NCBI GenBank assembly: GCA_964234715.1
Contig: OZ174280.1
From: Podarcis melisellensis
Lineage: Eukaryota
Direction: 5' to 3' (one strand)
DNA: 64,000 bases
The notes beneath the pieces are model-generated. The model had not been told where the DNA came from. It searched no databases and saw only the letters and a list, made by a program, of their open reading frames with translations. Positions 11,959-24,415 of the stretch are shown in pieces; the first letter of the stretch is position 1; each line of letters begins with the position of its first letter. Made by a program: the position numbers and the translations under genes.

Positions 11959-14482
11959 AGCTACAGTGTTTTCAGGGATATGCTGGATTATTCAAATGAA
12001 TGGCGGTGAAGGCAGTGATTCAGCCCTCTTGCTGCACTTATCACCACAGGCACTCAAGGGTGCAGCAAGGGCACTGGAAAACCAAGTTCTTTACTCTCCT
12101 GTACCTACCATCATGAGGGCATCTGAATAGCTGCGGGTACTGCTGATCTGATCTTGGCTCCAATTTATTGCTCAAGGGCAGGATGACTTCTGAAAGACTG
12201 CCTGAGCAGTATATGTATACTTATATTTTTCAAGGCTGCCAGGCCTGCGTACACTTTCTCCATGCTCTCTCTCCCCTACTCCAAATTTAAGCTTAAGTTG
12301 GGCAAGAACTGTAGTTCAATGGTAGAGCACATGATTTGCCAACAGAAAGTCCCACGTTCAGTAGCCTGCTAGGGATGGGAAAAAGTGGAATCTTAGACCA
12401 CTGCTGCTAGTTAGCCCAAAAAGTGGTCTTCAGACCTTTGGTACATCTAGCTCACTGCCACTTCTAGTGACTGGCAGTGCTTTGCCAGGGGAATATTCCT
12501 AGTCCTGGAGACGGTGGGGATTGAACAGTAGACTTCCTACATACAAAGCAGATGCTCTATCATGACTTAGCAGCCCTTCACAATGGGTGCAGTATAAGGC
12601 TTGTTCCTATGCTCATATTCAATGTAGGGACAGTGAACTCCACGTCAAAGCTGCGTTTGAGTGCTTGGGGCCAAATCCAACCCTGTTGACTCCACTGGAT
12701 GCCAACTAGTAGTAGTCTAGGCCAGGCTAGGGGCATATTATGGAGTTTTTCTGTATGTTGTAGAAAGTGATTTTTGGTTTGTGGTCAGCTTTGGACAGGG
12801 AAATGTGTATGCATGTCAATACTCACCATTCTAATGGCAAACTTTGAGCCTAACTTAAACACAATTATGGAAGCGCTACAAAGCGCACACACGCAAAACC
12901 CGATGGATTTTTGTCAAATGTTAAGAGCTTGAGAAAATTTTGTTCGCCACCTGAGTGGGCTCAGAAAACATCGCAAACAATGTCAAATACAACAAACGTA
13001 TCTAAAAGACTGTTGATCACTCGGACCTTATTTAAATGACTGGATGAGAAGAGATGCACTTCTACACTGCAAAATGATGGGGGGACAACTTCATGGCTTA
13101 ATTGGATCTGAAGCTAGAGAAGCTGCTGGTTCTTAACTATTTATGGAATAGATTCTCCAAGACTGTTGCTATCTCTCATTTGGCAGCATTGTTTCCACCA
13201 AGGGCCAATGCATCACTGTATCGAGAGGCCTTGAAACAGATGGATTTCCTACTTGCCTTAAATGCAGACAAAAGGAGGAGGGAACCCCTGGTGGGAAACA
13301 CTCTCCCCTGGGATTACAGGCTTGTTCTGAGCTTCCTGTCAATAACTTCAGGCACAGAATAATCTAACGCATCTGATTAAGATGGGATGCGGTTGGAGTC
13401 AGTGGGGGAGAACATGTAAAAATAGAAAACGTGTTTATAATAGGCAACATTGTTACAACTTCAGAGACATAAGGCTGTTTTCAGAGAACTTACATATTTG
13501 CTGCTCTCACCAACTTTATCACTCAAGTTAAAAAGAGTTGGGAAGGGGGATCTCCCAAAGGAGATTTTTGAAGTTATTATTGTGGGAAAGACACAGCTAG
13601 GCAGAAACCTTCACTAAATGCTTCTAATGCAGTGGTTAGATGCAAGCTAACTGGGAAGAAATTCCCCATTAGAAACAGAGAGATGAGCACAGCACCTTGG
13701 CTAAAGCTGTTGGAGTGATGGGGAGCTGATGCACTCCAACTCCATCCATCCCTGGACATTCACTATCACTATTGAATTACCCAAATATAAACCATGTCAA
13801 CTGCTCCGTTCAGTCCAAAGGTCCATTCCAGCAACTTGAGGTTGCTACTTGCACTGTATAAAGGTGCAATTCCACTTGCTAGCCCATTGGGCAATGTGAT
13901 GAGTAACCACAGTGATAGAATATATTCGTCATGCTGTACCAAGTGAAATCTGGCACAGCAGTGGATAAGTGTGTGAGCTGTGAAGTCACTGGCTGAGTGG
14001 CTTGAGGCAAAGCGCTATAGCCCTGTCCGGATGCCTCATAATTACAAAATGATTGAAAGAGACTTGCCCACACTTGCTGAGCTCGCCACCTCTGCTGTGC
14101 CCCTTCTATGTGTTGGGAGGAGGAAGGTTTGAGCTATATGCATGTAAATTTCCTATGTGATTTGGAACCCTTGTTGTTTGTAGGAGAGCACCCCAATAAG
14201 GCTTAAAATAACGTCTCATCTGCAACATGGAAGTATTGACCTACCTTATCTGAATGTTGTAAAGATTACTGCTAAGGAGAATATACTGAACCCTTTATTA
14301 AAAGGCATAAAAGCAAACCAGTTCCAGTGGTCAAGAGGTGGACAGATCTCCTGTCTATATTTTCTCCTTATACCGCCTTCATTTGCCCTAGAGAAGGCTA
14401 CTCTAGGCCTTTTATGAAATTCTGACTAACAAGCAAAATGATCAAACCGAGCATGCATGCATAAAAACACTTGTATAAAAAA

Positions 14483-14488
14483 TTTATT
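14483..14488 (-). promoter_or_regulatory. candidate distal polyadenylation signal AATAAA
   Basis: Minus strand reads agAATAAAttttttatacaagtgtttttatg, with two upstream UGUA motifs. Confidence 0.4.
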
Positions 14489-15568
14489 CTGTTCACAGGG
14501 CCAGTATTTTCTTGCTATGTAAATGGAATTTGTAGGAAGGTGAGGCAGGTATACAGAATACATATGAGTCTCCTTACCTTTACCTGTTTACATTACCTAT
14601 GATTCTGAAACATTCGTTTCAGTATCTGGTTTGAATGTGCAAATAAACCAACCTCAAACGGGGATTTAAAAAGGCCCTAGGGGCTGCTGTCATGCCTGAT
14701 TCATTTGGAGTGGCAGTGCCAAACAGCAGCAAGGTCAATGGTCCTAGAATGCAGATTAGCACCTGTAATACAGCAAATTGAGTGCTACCCAAGATCTGAC
14801 AGCTAGATGTGTATGGCTAGTGTTTCCAATTATCCATACCTTTGAATATTGGTGGTTCTGAGGCTCCAATTTCTTGTGGTTTCAAGCATACCCGATTCTT
14901 GATGCAGGCCATAAGTGCCAATTTAAGAAAAGTGAACATGTGTCCTGTCTTTTGTACAAAGGCAAAAGATGACATACCAGTCAACTCTGTCAAAGCAGGT
15001 TGACTAGCGTTGAGTTCATGTTGGAGAATGCCTTAGCTCTCCAAACTCTTGAAAGCAAGACACATGGAAGACGCAGTATTCTGAGGCTCTCCAAGTCAAG
15101 AAAGCAAATGGTCTGATCTCTATAAAAAGTATAGCTACAGTCATCTTGAAGAATACAGCGCTTCCTTCCTAAACAATTGTCCTTGTTTGCTTCTAGAGAA
15201 GAGTGCCAAGAACCAGCCATGAAAAAATTGTTCTGGCTGTGGATTGGAGCTAGAGGGAAATCTTCAGAACCAGGCTGCCCCTAGATAACTTGATATATAT
15301 GTAGGATCCAACATGCAAGGCACTGTACAAAAATACCCAGAGAACTGGCAATCTACTATTTGGCTGCCAATGTCTATGGTGTAGAAGGCCACATGGAATC
15401 TTGACTGTGCCTCCGGTCCACAGTTCCTCGGGCATTTCATCCTAGAGCGCCTCCACACCCCACATCCTTCCCCAAAGCATCTCCTGACAGCTATTGGCCT
15501 GCAGCCAGCCATTCAGCTCTCTGGGTACAAGAACACACAGATGCTGGCATTGCGTTAAGTTGTAGGAA

Positions 15569-15574
15569 TTTATT
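15569..15574 (-). promoter_or_regulatory. second polyadenylation signal AATAAA of TOP1
   Basis: tttatt on + strand; upstream UGUA ('actgtagg') and downstream GU-rich 'ctgtgtgttcttgt'. Confidence 0.75.
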
Positions 15575-15850
15575 TTAAATAACCTACAGTTGATTAAAAG
15601 GGGATTCATGATAAAAATAGAAGATACTTGTTGAGGAAAGACTGCGGGAAACTTGTTTTTGCACCACACTAAGCTAACAATGCCTCTAAAACTAATGGAT
15701 TATAGCAAAAAAGGTTTCACATTAAAATTCTGCTTTAATTTTTTTTAAAGTTTTTGTACACAATTACAAAAGAAAAAAAATAAAAAGACCTAAGATCTTG
15801 ATTATTTTTCCTTTTTTTTTTTTTGGACCAAAGCTCGCTTCCCTCAAAAT

Positions 15851-15856
15851 TTTATT
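15851..15856 (-). promoter_or_regulatory. proximal polyadenylation signal AATAAA of TOP1
   Basis: tttatt on + strand, about 1.05 kb after the stop; U-rich sequence downstream. Confidence 0.7.
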
Positions 15857-16899
15857 GACCTGTGAAAGTTCTTTTTACACAATAAAATCTTTCAAGTAAA
15901 AGAGAGGAGGGTGGAGTTTTCTTTTTTTAAAAAAAGGAGGGAGAAAAGAAAAACAACCCTGCCAAAAAAAGCAAAACAAAACCCACAAATGTGGATATTC
16001 CTGATATATATATATCTATATATATATATTATGTACTCAGAACAAAGTATGATGGGAAAACATTTTGTTACCAATTTATTTGTACTCATAATGCATCAAC
16101 CCTCCCCAGCCCATTCCTTCCTACCCCTGCAAATCTACATGATCTTTAAGATCAAGAAGAAAAAAAAGCTTAAATATTTTAAAATAATTAAAAGTAGTAA
16201 AAATTCACATTAACAAAAAAAGAAAGAAAAAGAAAATAACACTCAACTCAGGAAGGATCTTCCCATCATGCTTTGCTTTGAAGAGATGTTGTATTTTTAT
16301 TATAGGTTTTCAATACCATGATGGTGGCAAGTAAAAATGAAAACAACTGGGTGTTTCCATGATGACTGTTGTGGCCAGAGCCAGTGTGCTGAGAGGGCTT
16401 CAGTTGTGTTAAATTAATTGAAGGAGATGGGACGGGAAATTAAGGGAATCCATTTTCTATTAAAATATAGAAGTTATTGCAAAACCCTAACTGTAAAAAC
16501 ACACCAATATCTCATTGGATTCTGTATACAGTAGCTAATGATTTCCAAGCTCCTCAGTGTAATGGTGAATTTGCCTGGCAGAAGGTTAACAAATTCCCCC
16601 ATCCACTTGTCCTCCCCCTCCAGAGACAAAAACACAAACCATACAGCTAGAATTTGGGTTTCTGAAACAGGTTTAAATAAGTTGTCCATAGGACAACTGG
16701 CTCAGCAACTCTATAATATTTCCAGGCCTATCTTTTCTCAAAGATGTTGGGTATTTCATCAGACACTCGCTTTCCCCTCCCGACACCCCCCTCCCCTCCC
16801 CCAAATATAAAGGACAAGTAAGGCTCACAGTTTTATCAATCTCCCTAAAACCAGGCTATTCCCCTTCTCATTCATAAGATTCAGCCCATTAAAATCAGG

Positions 16900-17002
16900 T
16901 TAGAATTCAAAGTCTTCATCTGCCATGTCAATTGCCCAGGCAAATTTCTCCCGTTGGGTTTTGTTATAGATCTTCTCTATAGGTATTCCAAATTTCTTGC
17001 AC
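16900..17002 (-). CDS. TOP1: TOP1 exon 21, coding part with TAA stop
   Basis: ctccag|GTGCAAG...; [33 protein letters not shown]; stop at 16900-16902. Confidence 0.98.
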
Positions 17003-17176
17003 CTGGAGAGAGGGGGAAAGAGAGAGGGAGAGGAATAAAAAGGATGAACAGCAAGCGGCGTGTACAGCCAAACAACTACAAAACCCAGCAGAACCAATGC
17101 CTCTTTTCCTTTCAAAGACTGAAGCAAGGCAATTGGATGGAGGCTGCTCTTTCTTCCCCAACAGGCAAGAGCTTAC

Positions 17177-17326
17177 CAGGCAACAGAAATCCTAGGATCC
17201 AGATAATTTAGTTTGGAGGTCCCCAAGGCAATCTGCTTGTTTTCCTCCCGGTCTGTAGCTTGGACCTCCAATTTCATCAGCTGTTCTGCAACCCTTTGTA
17301 CTGCTTTCTTCTTACTTTCTACGGTC
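17177..17326 (-). CDS. TOP1: TOP1 exon 20 (active-site Tyr, Y723 equivalent, codon at 17203-17205)
   Basis: tcacag|GACCGT...GCCTG|gtaagc; 150 nt; [49 protein letters not shown](W). Confidence 0.98.
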
Positions 17327-17399
17327 CTGTGAGGGGCAAGGAGATAAGACATTTTTTTTCAGGTAGGAACTATAAATGGCTTTTCTTTCTATGGGAATG

Positions 17400-17706
17400 A
17401 AGAACACCTGAACAGACCTGCTAGGCGAGACCAAAGGCTAATCTAGTCCAATATTCTGTTTCCCACAGTGCTCAGCCAGATGCCTCTGAGAAGCCCATAA
17501 ACAGGCCGTGAACACAACAACCCTCTCCCTCAGTTGCTCCACAGTTACTGGTATTCAGAGGAATGTGGTCTCTGATCCTGAAGAAAGGCTACAGCTATCA
17601 TGACTAGCAGCCATTGATAGCTTTCTTTCACGACAGGCATGAATTTATTGATTCTCTTTTTAAAGCAGTCTAAAAGTTGGTGGCCATCACTACATACTGT
17701 GGTAGC
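17400..17706 (-). mobile_element. CR1 LINE 3' fragment (TOP1 intron 19)
   Basis: atctagtcca..ctgtttcccacagtg..ccagatgcc...aagttggtggccatcactacat, typical of the squamate CR1 3' end. Confidence 0.7.
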
Positions 17707-17937
17707 CACCAGGCACTGTGTGATAATTTTTTTTTCCTGACAAGGAAGGGGAGACATGGAAGAGGTATATAAAATTAGGCAGGAGGTAAAGAGTTTTTTT
17801 TCTTCCCCTCATATAGTACCATCCCAGTGACAAGGTGAGCCATTTGAACAGAAATCTCATTCTGAGCAAAGTTGGTTTCCCTGAGTGCCATGCAGAAGTG
17901 TTTGGATACACGTGAGTGTCACAGCAATGTGACTTAC

Positions 17938-18032
17938 TTTTTAGATTTCTCATCCCTCCGGACCTTGGCATCGGCTTTGGCGCTTTTCAGTTCTCTTTTG
18001 GCATCAGCCAGCTGTTCCTTCTTGGCATCAAT
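17938..18032 (-). CDS. TOP1: TOP1 exon 19 (linker domain)
   Basis: ccctag|ATTGAT...TAAAAA|gtaagt; 95 nt; IDAKKEQLADAKRELKSAKADAKVRRDEKSK(K). Confidence 0.96.
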
Positions 18033-21000
18033 CTAGGGAAGGCAAAACACAAACAGAAAGCAGGAGATGGAAGGTGTGGAGCTGACAAGCTGCAAACAGC
18101 TAGTAGACTTTTGTCTCCATTGGAGTTCTAGATACCAAGGCAGCGTCTCTGTCTAACACACTTCACTGGGTGTCCAACAAGCCTTTTTTTTACCTTGACT
18201 AAAGTTTCATAGAAGAGCTGGGCTGGGATTTACATTTTCAGATAGGCATGCAAGGATCAAACTTGCAGAAGTGATTACCAGGACTTTAGATACCAAACTT
18301 ATGGCACCGCACTTAGAAAGGAACATTGATTCACTTACTGTGAGTGGCATAAGAAGATATCCATTTAGAGGGCTGTCTCTATTGATTTGCCCAAAGCAGG
18401 GAAAAGTGACTTGAATAATCTCCTCACCCAAGCTCCTCTGTGCAGTTTGATCCATGACTAAGCTTGAAGCAAAGAGTAGATCAGGCAGCCATCATGGCAG
18501 ACAATGGTGTGGCAGTAGCTGTCGCCCTGTACCAGCCTAGAAAGCCCATTCATGGTATGTGAGCTATTATTTGTTTCTTAGGTTGCCACGGGAGATAGAG
18601 CAACATGGGGAGGCTTGGTGAGATCTAAGTGCAGGTTCTGAAGAAATATAAATGGTCCTCTAAGGTGGAGGCTGAATGTTCTGGAGAATGCTTCTTCTGA
18701 AGGAGGCCTTTACAAATGCATACAACTCTAAATTGTAAAGCTGGGTGTGAATAAACGCAGACAACCATGTTGGTACAGCAGCATCAATAATGTCAATGTT
18801 AGTGGATTCCTGGATGCCCTAGTAACATTTGATCTGCAGAGGAATGGGCAAATGCTGAGTTTCAAAGCAAAGTGTATGAAAGAAATAGAGTAAACTTGAG
18901 CCCAAAGCCAGAGAAGAGAAGGAAATGAGGGGGAAAAGTCGTCTTTGGGCAATGGCAGGGACTAAACTGAAGGAGGCACTAGGGTGAGGATAGCCTATAC
19001 AAATATTCAAGTCACATGTTACACCTGGGAAAATCCGGAGACACAACTCGTGGGTGGGGAACCTGTGCTCCTTTAGATGCTGATGGACTCCCAGCTCCCA
19101 TCAACCCCAGCCAGCAATGCCAAAGTTCAGGCGTGATGGGATGGGGGAGCCTAAGTCCAGCAACATCTGGAGGCCCACAGACCTCCCCCCCGGGCCTAGA
19201 TGGATGCTTCTCAGGCCAACCAGAGAAGACTCAAGGGATAACCCAAGAAATATCTGATGTGTCACAAGTTCAACAGTATGCACTGTCAGACTAGAAGCCC
19301 TGGCTGGGGTGCCAAGTTTGCTTCTGTTGGCAGGAGACTCCTCTGAGCAGAGTGCCCCTCAAAAGACCCTGCTGAGTTGCAAGTTTATTAGATGGGGGGG
19401 GCCAGGGCTCAGGAAAAGTTTAAGGCAAAGATTTACATGTACAATTGCACAAAATAGAGCTTGCAACCCGTCATATGAATAATGGAATTCAGGAAACAAA
19501 GTGTGCAATAGAAATAGTCAATGGGTGACTGGGGAAGAAGTGCATGAAGCCATATAGATGGAACCCTCCAAATAAAATTCTCATCATCCCCACTGCCTAT
19601 TTAAAGGTTCAGATGCACTGTGCTAGGTAGGTCACGTCAGGAAACTTTCTCAGCCCAAGCAATAATGGGTTTGTTCTAAAGCCATGGGAACCTATGGCTT
19701 TACAGATGCTCTTGGATGCTAACTCCCATCAGTTCCAGCCCAGCAACATCTGTAGGGCCACAGGTCCCCCATCTCTGCTCTAAAGGAATGAAAAGCAGAA
19801 GCTGTATGATCTGCGGCAAACTAAGTAAGATGATCTGAAGCTGAAGGTTTGCAGCTCCACTCGCCTAAGCTGTGACTGACAGATTGTTCAGCTCAGCTAA
19901 GAATAATGGGACAGGTGAGTTGGGGGGTGGGGAGTTGAAGGCAAACAAGTCGTTATCATTCTGTCAAAGCTGTCAGTCCTAACAACTGAAGCAGCCAGGT
20001 TAGATATTATGAAAGCCAAAAAGAACACCCCACTGATTAATAAAACAGATTCAGGCTGTAAACCAACCTAACCAAAATGACCTCAGGGTTTTTGTCAGAA
20101 ATAACCTGAAAAGTAAAAGGGTGGTTTAGTCAAGCAAAATATAATCAAATACTCGATATAGGTAGGATTGCAATTTTGTGGAGGAGGAAGGTGGATAATT
20201 TTGTGTTAAATCACACCATTATCCTCAAGCCATGGAAATGGAATAGTTATGTTTTGAACTTGCTTTAAGTTCACAAGATAATGAGAAAGTCGTAGCCTTT
20301 ATAGAAATATGCACAGAATACTTTAGAAAAATAAGGGCTGAGCCACACAAATAGTTCATCACACGGTAAAATAATTTTTGGATCTGACCACTTCAGACTA
20401 CAGGTGGGAGAAGAGTTGCACGTTCAAACTTTTCTCCAGGAATGTGGATACAGAAAATGAGCACATCAGAGAAACTACTACGATTGAAACTTTCTGCCTG
20501 CCTATTTAATTTTCTAAATGCAAGGAACTTGGAAAAAACATTCATTCAAATGATTTCTCCACCTGTGGGTCTCAAGTGGTACAGTCCAAATACAGCTTTG
20601 CCATGTGATTGGCAGTTTGAGCAGACAAGCTGGAAGTCTTCCCTGAGGTCAACTGGTCAAGAAGCTTTCAAATTCAACTATAAAACTTTTCTTCAGCATT
20701 GATCTTTATGATGTCTCAGAGAAACCTCAGGAAAGCGCCCAAGCATATGTATCATTAGCTTAGTCTCTTGTTCTTTAAATCAAGTTATTCCTTTCCCCAA
20801 GAGTGTCTAATTTTGCTCACACCTTCACCCTTCCTGAACAATCCCCCAAAAACTGTTCCTGGGAGTTGGTGGTCCCTCTCAAGCAGCATGGGAAATGGGC
20901 CAGGAGGTTAAGGAGACTGTCCTTATTTGAAAGACATGCTTTCTGGTCATGTAAGGGACTCTCTGGATTTTCCCCAGTGTCCTGTGAGTAAATCAGGATG

Positions 21001-21323
21001 GGAAAACGCATCATAACATCAGAGAGCTGTCAGGAGCAAAAAAATAATTATGGTACGCTTTGTGACCCCACTAGAGATGCTTTATAGACATTTCTCCTCC
21101 AGGACTAAAAGGCAACTTGCCTGATGTGCAATTCAGTCAGAAACAGGAAGGATTTGAAGAATGATTTTCTGTAATAAAATCAAGCAGGTTTGTCTTTCTA
21201 AAAATCAGAGAAACAAGCTTCACTAGTGAAGTTAGAGGAGAGCTTGACACAGGTCAGCTAAGTAACAGAGGTAGCCAAACTAAGTCTTGGTTTGGGTTTT
21301 AACGAAAGGAAGCAGTCAGTTAC

Positions 21324-21451
21324 CTTGCTCTGTAAATTCATCATGGATTTCTCAAAGGTCTTTGGAGGTGCCCTCTGGTGGTTGCAGAGAATAGCAACAG
21401 CTCTATTGGCACGGTTATAAGACAGGATCTTTGCTGGGACATTATCATCCG
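21324..21451 (-). CDS. TOP1: TOP1 exon 18 (catalytic H632 equivalent)
   Basis: ttctag|CGGATG...AGCAAG|gtaact; 128 nt; [42 protein letters not shown]. Confidence 0.97.
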
Positions 21452-21596
21452 CTAGAAAAGTTCAAAATGAACAAGTGAAATTTGCATTTCTGTATGGAAA
21501 AGTCTAGCTCTTTCTTGGATAATTTCACTTTTTCATGGGGAAGAGAAATTAACAGCTTGGCTCTCAGCCATCTGTACCAAGCTTATAATGGGACTG

Positions 21597-21925
21597 GGGG
21601 CTGTAGCTTAATAGTAAATAACATGTTTTGCATGCAGAAGGTCTGAGGTCCTGCCCCCAGCATCTCTAGTTAAGGATCTCAGGCAACAGAGGGGAGAAAT
21701 GGAGTTCAGAGGGATGACTGCATACAGAAAGACTTGCTCTTTTAAGGTGAGTCCACAGCTTAGTGGCAGAACATATACTTTGCATGCAAAGGATCTCAAG
21801 TTCAATCCAAGGCACCTCTGTTTAACAGAATCAGAGAGCATGTGATTGGAAAGGTTTCTGCCTGAGACCATGGAGTGAGTAATACTGGTGGTAGATGCAA
21901 AGCAGATTTCTACATTCCTTATGCA
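21597..21925 (+). mobile_element. two degraded tRNA-derived SINE copies
   Basis: ggggctgtagct...ttgcatgcagaaggtc and cagcttagtggcagaacatatactttgcatgcaaagg...ttcaatcc, tRNA-like heads. Confidence 0.55.
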
Positions 21926-22269
21926 GGCTTGAACACCTTAAAGTGCTAATGATTACAACGTGTACTCTAGTGTATCAGCTCCAGTATTCAGTTTAAACCC
22001 CTTGTATTTCAATAGTTATCTATGGTCTCTGATCTAACCGTTATTTGCCTCTTGCATTCCTTCTCTGCAAGCCTGGGCTTGCTGGATTTTAAAAAGGCAC
22101 ACCATCCATTTATATGGACAACACAAACAGAACATCTTTATCAGGCAAAGCCTTGAAGCCCAGGGTCAAACCTGCCTTCATTGTGGACAGAACATTATCT
22201 GATTAAGGTGCATATTATAGACATCCACTGTGGTGGGGAGATGGGTTATAATGGTTTTCTCGGGAACTA

Positions 22270-22621
22270 GGTAAAGTAAAGGGACCCCTGACCATTAGGT
22301 CCAGTCGTGGCCGACTCTGGGGTTGCGGCGCTCATTTCGCTTTATTGGCTGAGGGAGCCGGTGTACAGCTTCCAGGTCATGTGGCCAGCATGACTAAGCC
22401 GCTTCTGGCGAACCAGAGCAGTGCACAGAAACGCTTTTACCTTCCCGCTGGAGCAGTACCTATTTATCTACTTGCACTTTGACATGCTTTCGAACTGCTA
22501 GGTTGGCAGGAGCTGGGACCGAGCAACAGGAGCTCACCCCGTCATGGGGATTCGAACCGCCGACCTTCTGGTTGGCAAGTCCTAGGCTCTGTGGCTTAAC
22601 CCACAGTGACACCCACTTCCC
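22270..22621 (-). mobile_element. Sauria SINE, full length, sense to TOP1 (intron 17)
   Basis: Near-identical to 2270-2621. Confidence 0.92.
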
Positions 22622-22710
22622 TTGTCTAAGGGAACCAAATAAATCCTTGAAGGCTGTTAGAGATTTACCCAGTGTCCTGGCTAGCTGACTCTGGCCTGGC
22701 TAATTTAGGG

Positions 22711-22804
22711 CAGCCTTTGTCAACCTGATGCCATCCAAATGTTCTGCACAGCTTCCTATAAGTTGTAGTCCAAAACATTTGGAGGGCACCAGGTTAGCAA
22801 AGGC
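22711..22804. mobile_element. old hAT-like MITE remnant
   Basis: cagcctttgtcaacctgatgcc...ggagggcaccaggttagcaaaggc. Confidence 0.55.
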
Positions 22805-23155
22805 AAGTCACAGACACCGTTCCTATTTGAAATGTTTCAATACACCTTTAAGCACTGGCTGACAAGCTGCCTCTGACCTAATTCAAGGTACTGCTGGGCA
22901 CATTTCAAATCCGAAATGGACTTGGAAAGGCACAGATTTCAGTTCCTTCCTCTTCAGAAGGTCAGCTAGCCACAACAGCAAATTTGGAACTTTGTTCACT
23001 GTGGTTCAAAAATATTTACCTCTGAACAGAACATGGAACTGTGGAGAAGCCCAAGTAATTTCCAGCCATTGGCTCTTAAGCCTGCATTTGGATCGATGTT
23101 ACAATCAACACAGAAACAGAAAAGTATGAGGTGTGCTAATCCAAAAAGTTCTTAC

Positions 23156-23270
23156 CAGTTGTGAGCTCCTTTAGCTGTTGCTGTAGCGTAATGGAGGCAT
23201 TATATGTTCGAAATACCTTGGCTGTAAGTCCTTCCATAAGGTCTTGAAGATGCTTATTTAAGATGCTAGT
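23156..23270 (-). CDS. TOP1: TOP1 exon 17 (catalytic R590 equivalent)
   Basis: ccttag|ACTAGC...AACTG|gtaaga; 115 nt; [38 protein letters not shown]. Confidence 0.97.
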
Positions 23271-23389
23271 CTAAGGGGAAGAAATAAAGAAGGAGGCTTA
23301 AATTAATTCCAGCATTCATCAGTAGAACACCTCAACCTGTGCACCCTCCTTACTCTCGTAATTTGAGGAGATGGGAAGTAGGAGGATGA

Positions 23390-23540
23390 GCCTATCAGTG
23401 GCTGGTAGCCACCATGGATATGTTCTACCTCTGCTGTCCAAGGAAGTATGCCTCTGAATACCAGTTGCTGCGAATCACAAGTGAGAAGGGCTCTGCTGCA
23501 CTCAGATCCTGCATCTGGGCTTTCCATAGGCATCTGGCAG
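23390..23540 (+). mobile_element. CR1 3' UTR fragment
   Basis: ggaggatgagcctatcagtggct...tatgcctctgaataccagttgctg...ataggcatctgg. Confidence 0.6.
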
Positions 23541-23641
23541 GTCACTTATGAGCTATATGACAATTCAGCAGAAGGGGCAGATACGCTAACAGATGCAACT
23601 GGGGAAAATGGTTGTGGGCATGGCATGGAAGCAGATAATAT

Positions 23642-23675
<34 letters not shown>
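23642..23675. repeat. (TAC)n microsatellite
   Basis: tactactac... Confidence 0.95.
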
Positions 23676-23676
<1 letters not shown>

Positions 23677-24287
23677 CAACGAAAAGGTAGAGTCTGCAGT
23701 TAGGGAGGCTGGGGGATTTTGTACAAGAAAGACACATTTCCTTTTCATGTGACACAGAAACTCCAACTAAATTCCAAGAGGGACAAACTCATCTATTCAA
23801 CCTAGTCTTAAACCCTTTCCATATTTTTTTTTTTGGGGGGGGTGGTGGTGGTGAAAGACCACCTCCAGCCTGTGTGTCAAATTAAGCCCACCAGGTGAGC
23901 CAATTTGGTCCACATGGCCATCTTTGGCAGGTCACACCTCCTTGCCACTCCCCTGATGACACATGCGTATCAGAAGAGGCAGCTGCCAAGGAACAACTGG
24001 GAGTGCACGTTTTTGGCAGCTTACCTTCAGCACTGTTTAAATTTGGCATTGCTGACATTGTTGCACTCAGGAGCTCTGGAATAAAACCAGATCCCTGCTG
24101 CTTTCCGAAAGGCATGGATCCACCCAATGCCATATGATGTCAGGCATTTAAAGTGTGGTGAACCTTTTGATTCCACCTCCTAGAGCAATGCATTTCTCCA
24201 ACTCTTACTTAGGGACTTATGAATGCTTGGTGGGTGGGGAGATCATGGGAAAGTGTTTCTGCCTCCATCTATATGCATTCACTGGAG

Positions 24288-24415
24288 CAGGAATCCCCAA
24301 ACTTGGCCCTCCAGCTGTTTTGGGACTACAACTCCCTGACCACTGGTCCTATTAGCTAGGGATGATGGGAGTTGTAGTCCCAAAACAGTTGGAGGGTCGA
24401 GTTTGGGGATGCGTG
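24288..24415. mobile_element. hAT-like palindromic MITE
   Basis: TIR caggaatccccaaact...agtttggggatgcgtg; internal ttttgggactacaactccc/gggagttgtagtcccaaaa. Confidence 0.8.

Larger units (their letters stand above)
15550..16899 (-). other. TOP1: TOP1 3' UTR (to the second poly(A) site; end approximate)
   Basis: Directly follows the stop codon; repeat-free and U-rich. Segments 'tttcacaggtcaataaa' and 'tcaactgtaggttatttaaaataaattcctacaactt' resemble the mammalian TOP1 mRNA 3' end as recalled (not aligned). Confidence 0.8.

Noticed and set aside
342-15669. Many 60-170 aa ORFs in the six-frame track downstream of TOP1 (e.g. 3593-4105, 9737-10129, 5507-5869)
   Set aside because: They overlap SINEs, MITEs or the minisatellite, or show no recognisable motif; consistent with chance ORFs in vertebrate intergenic DNA.
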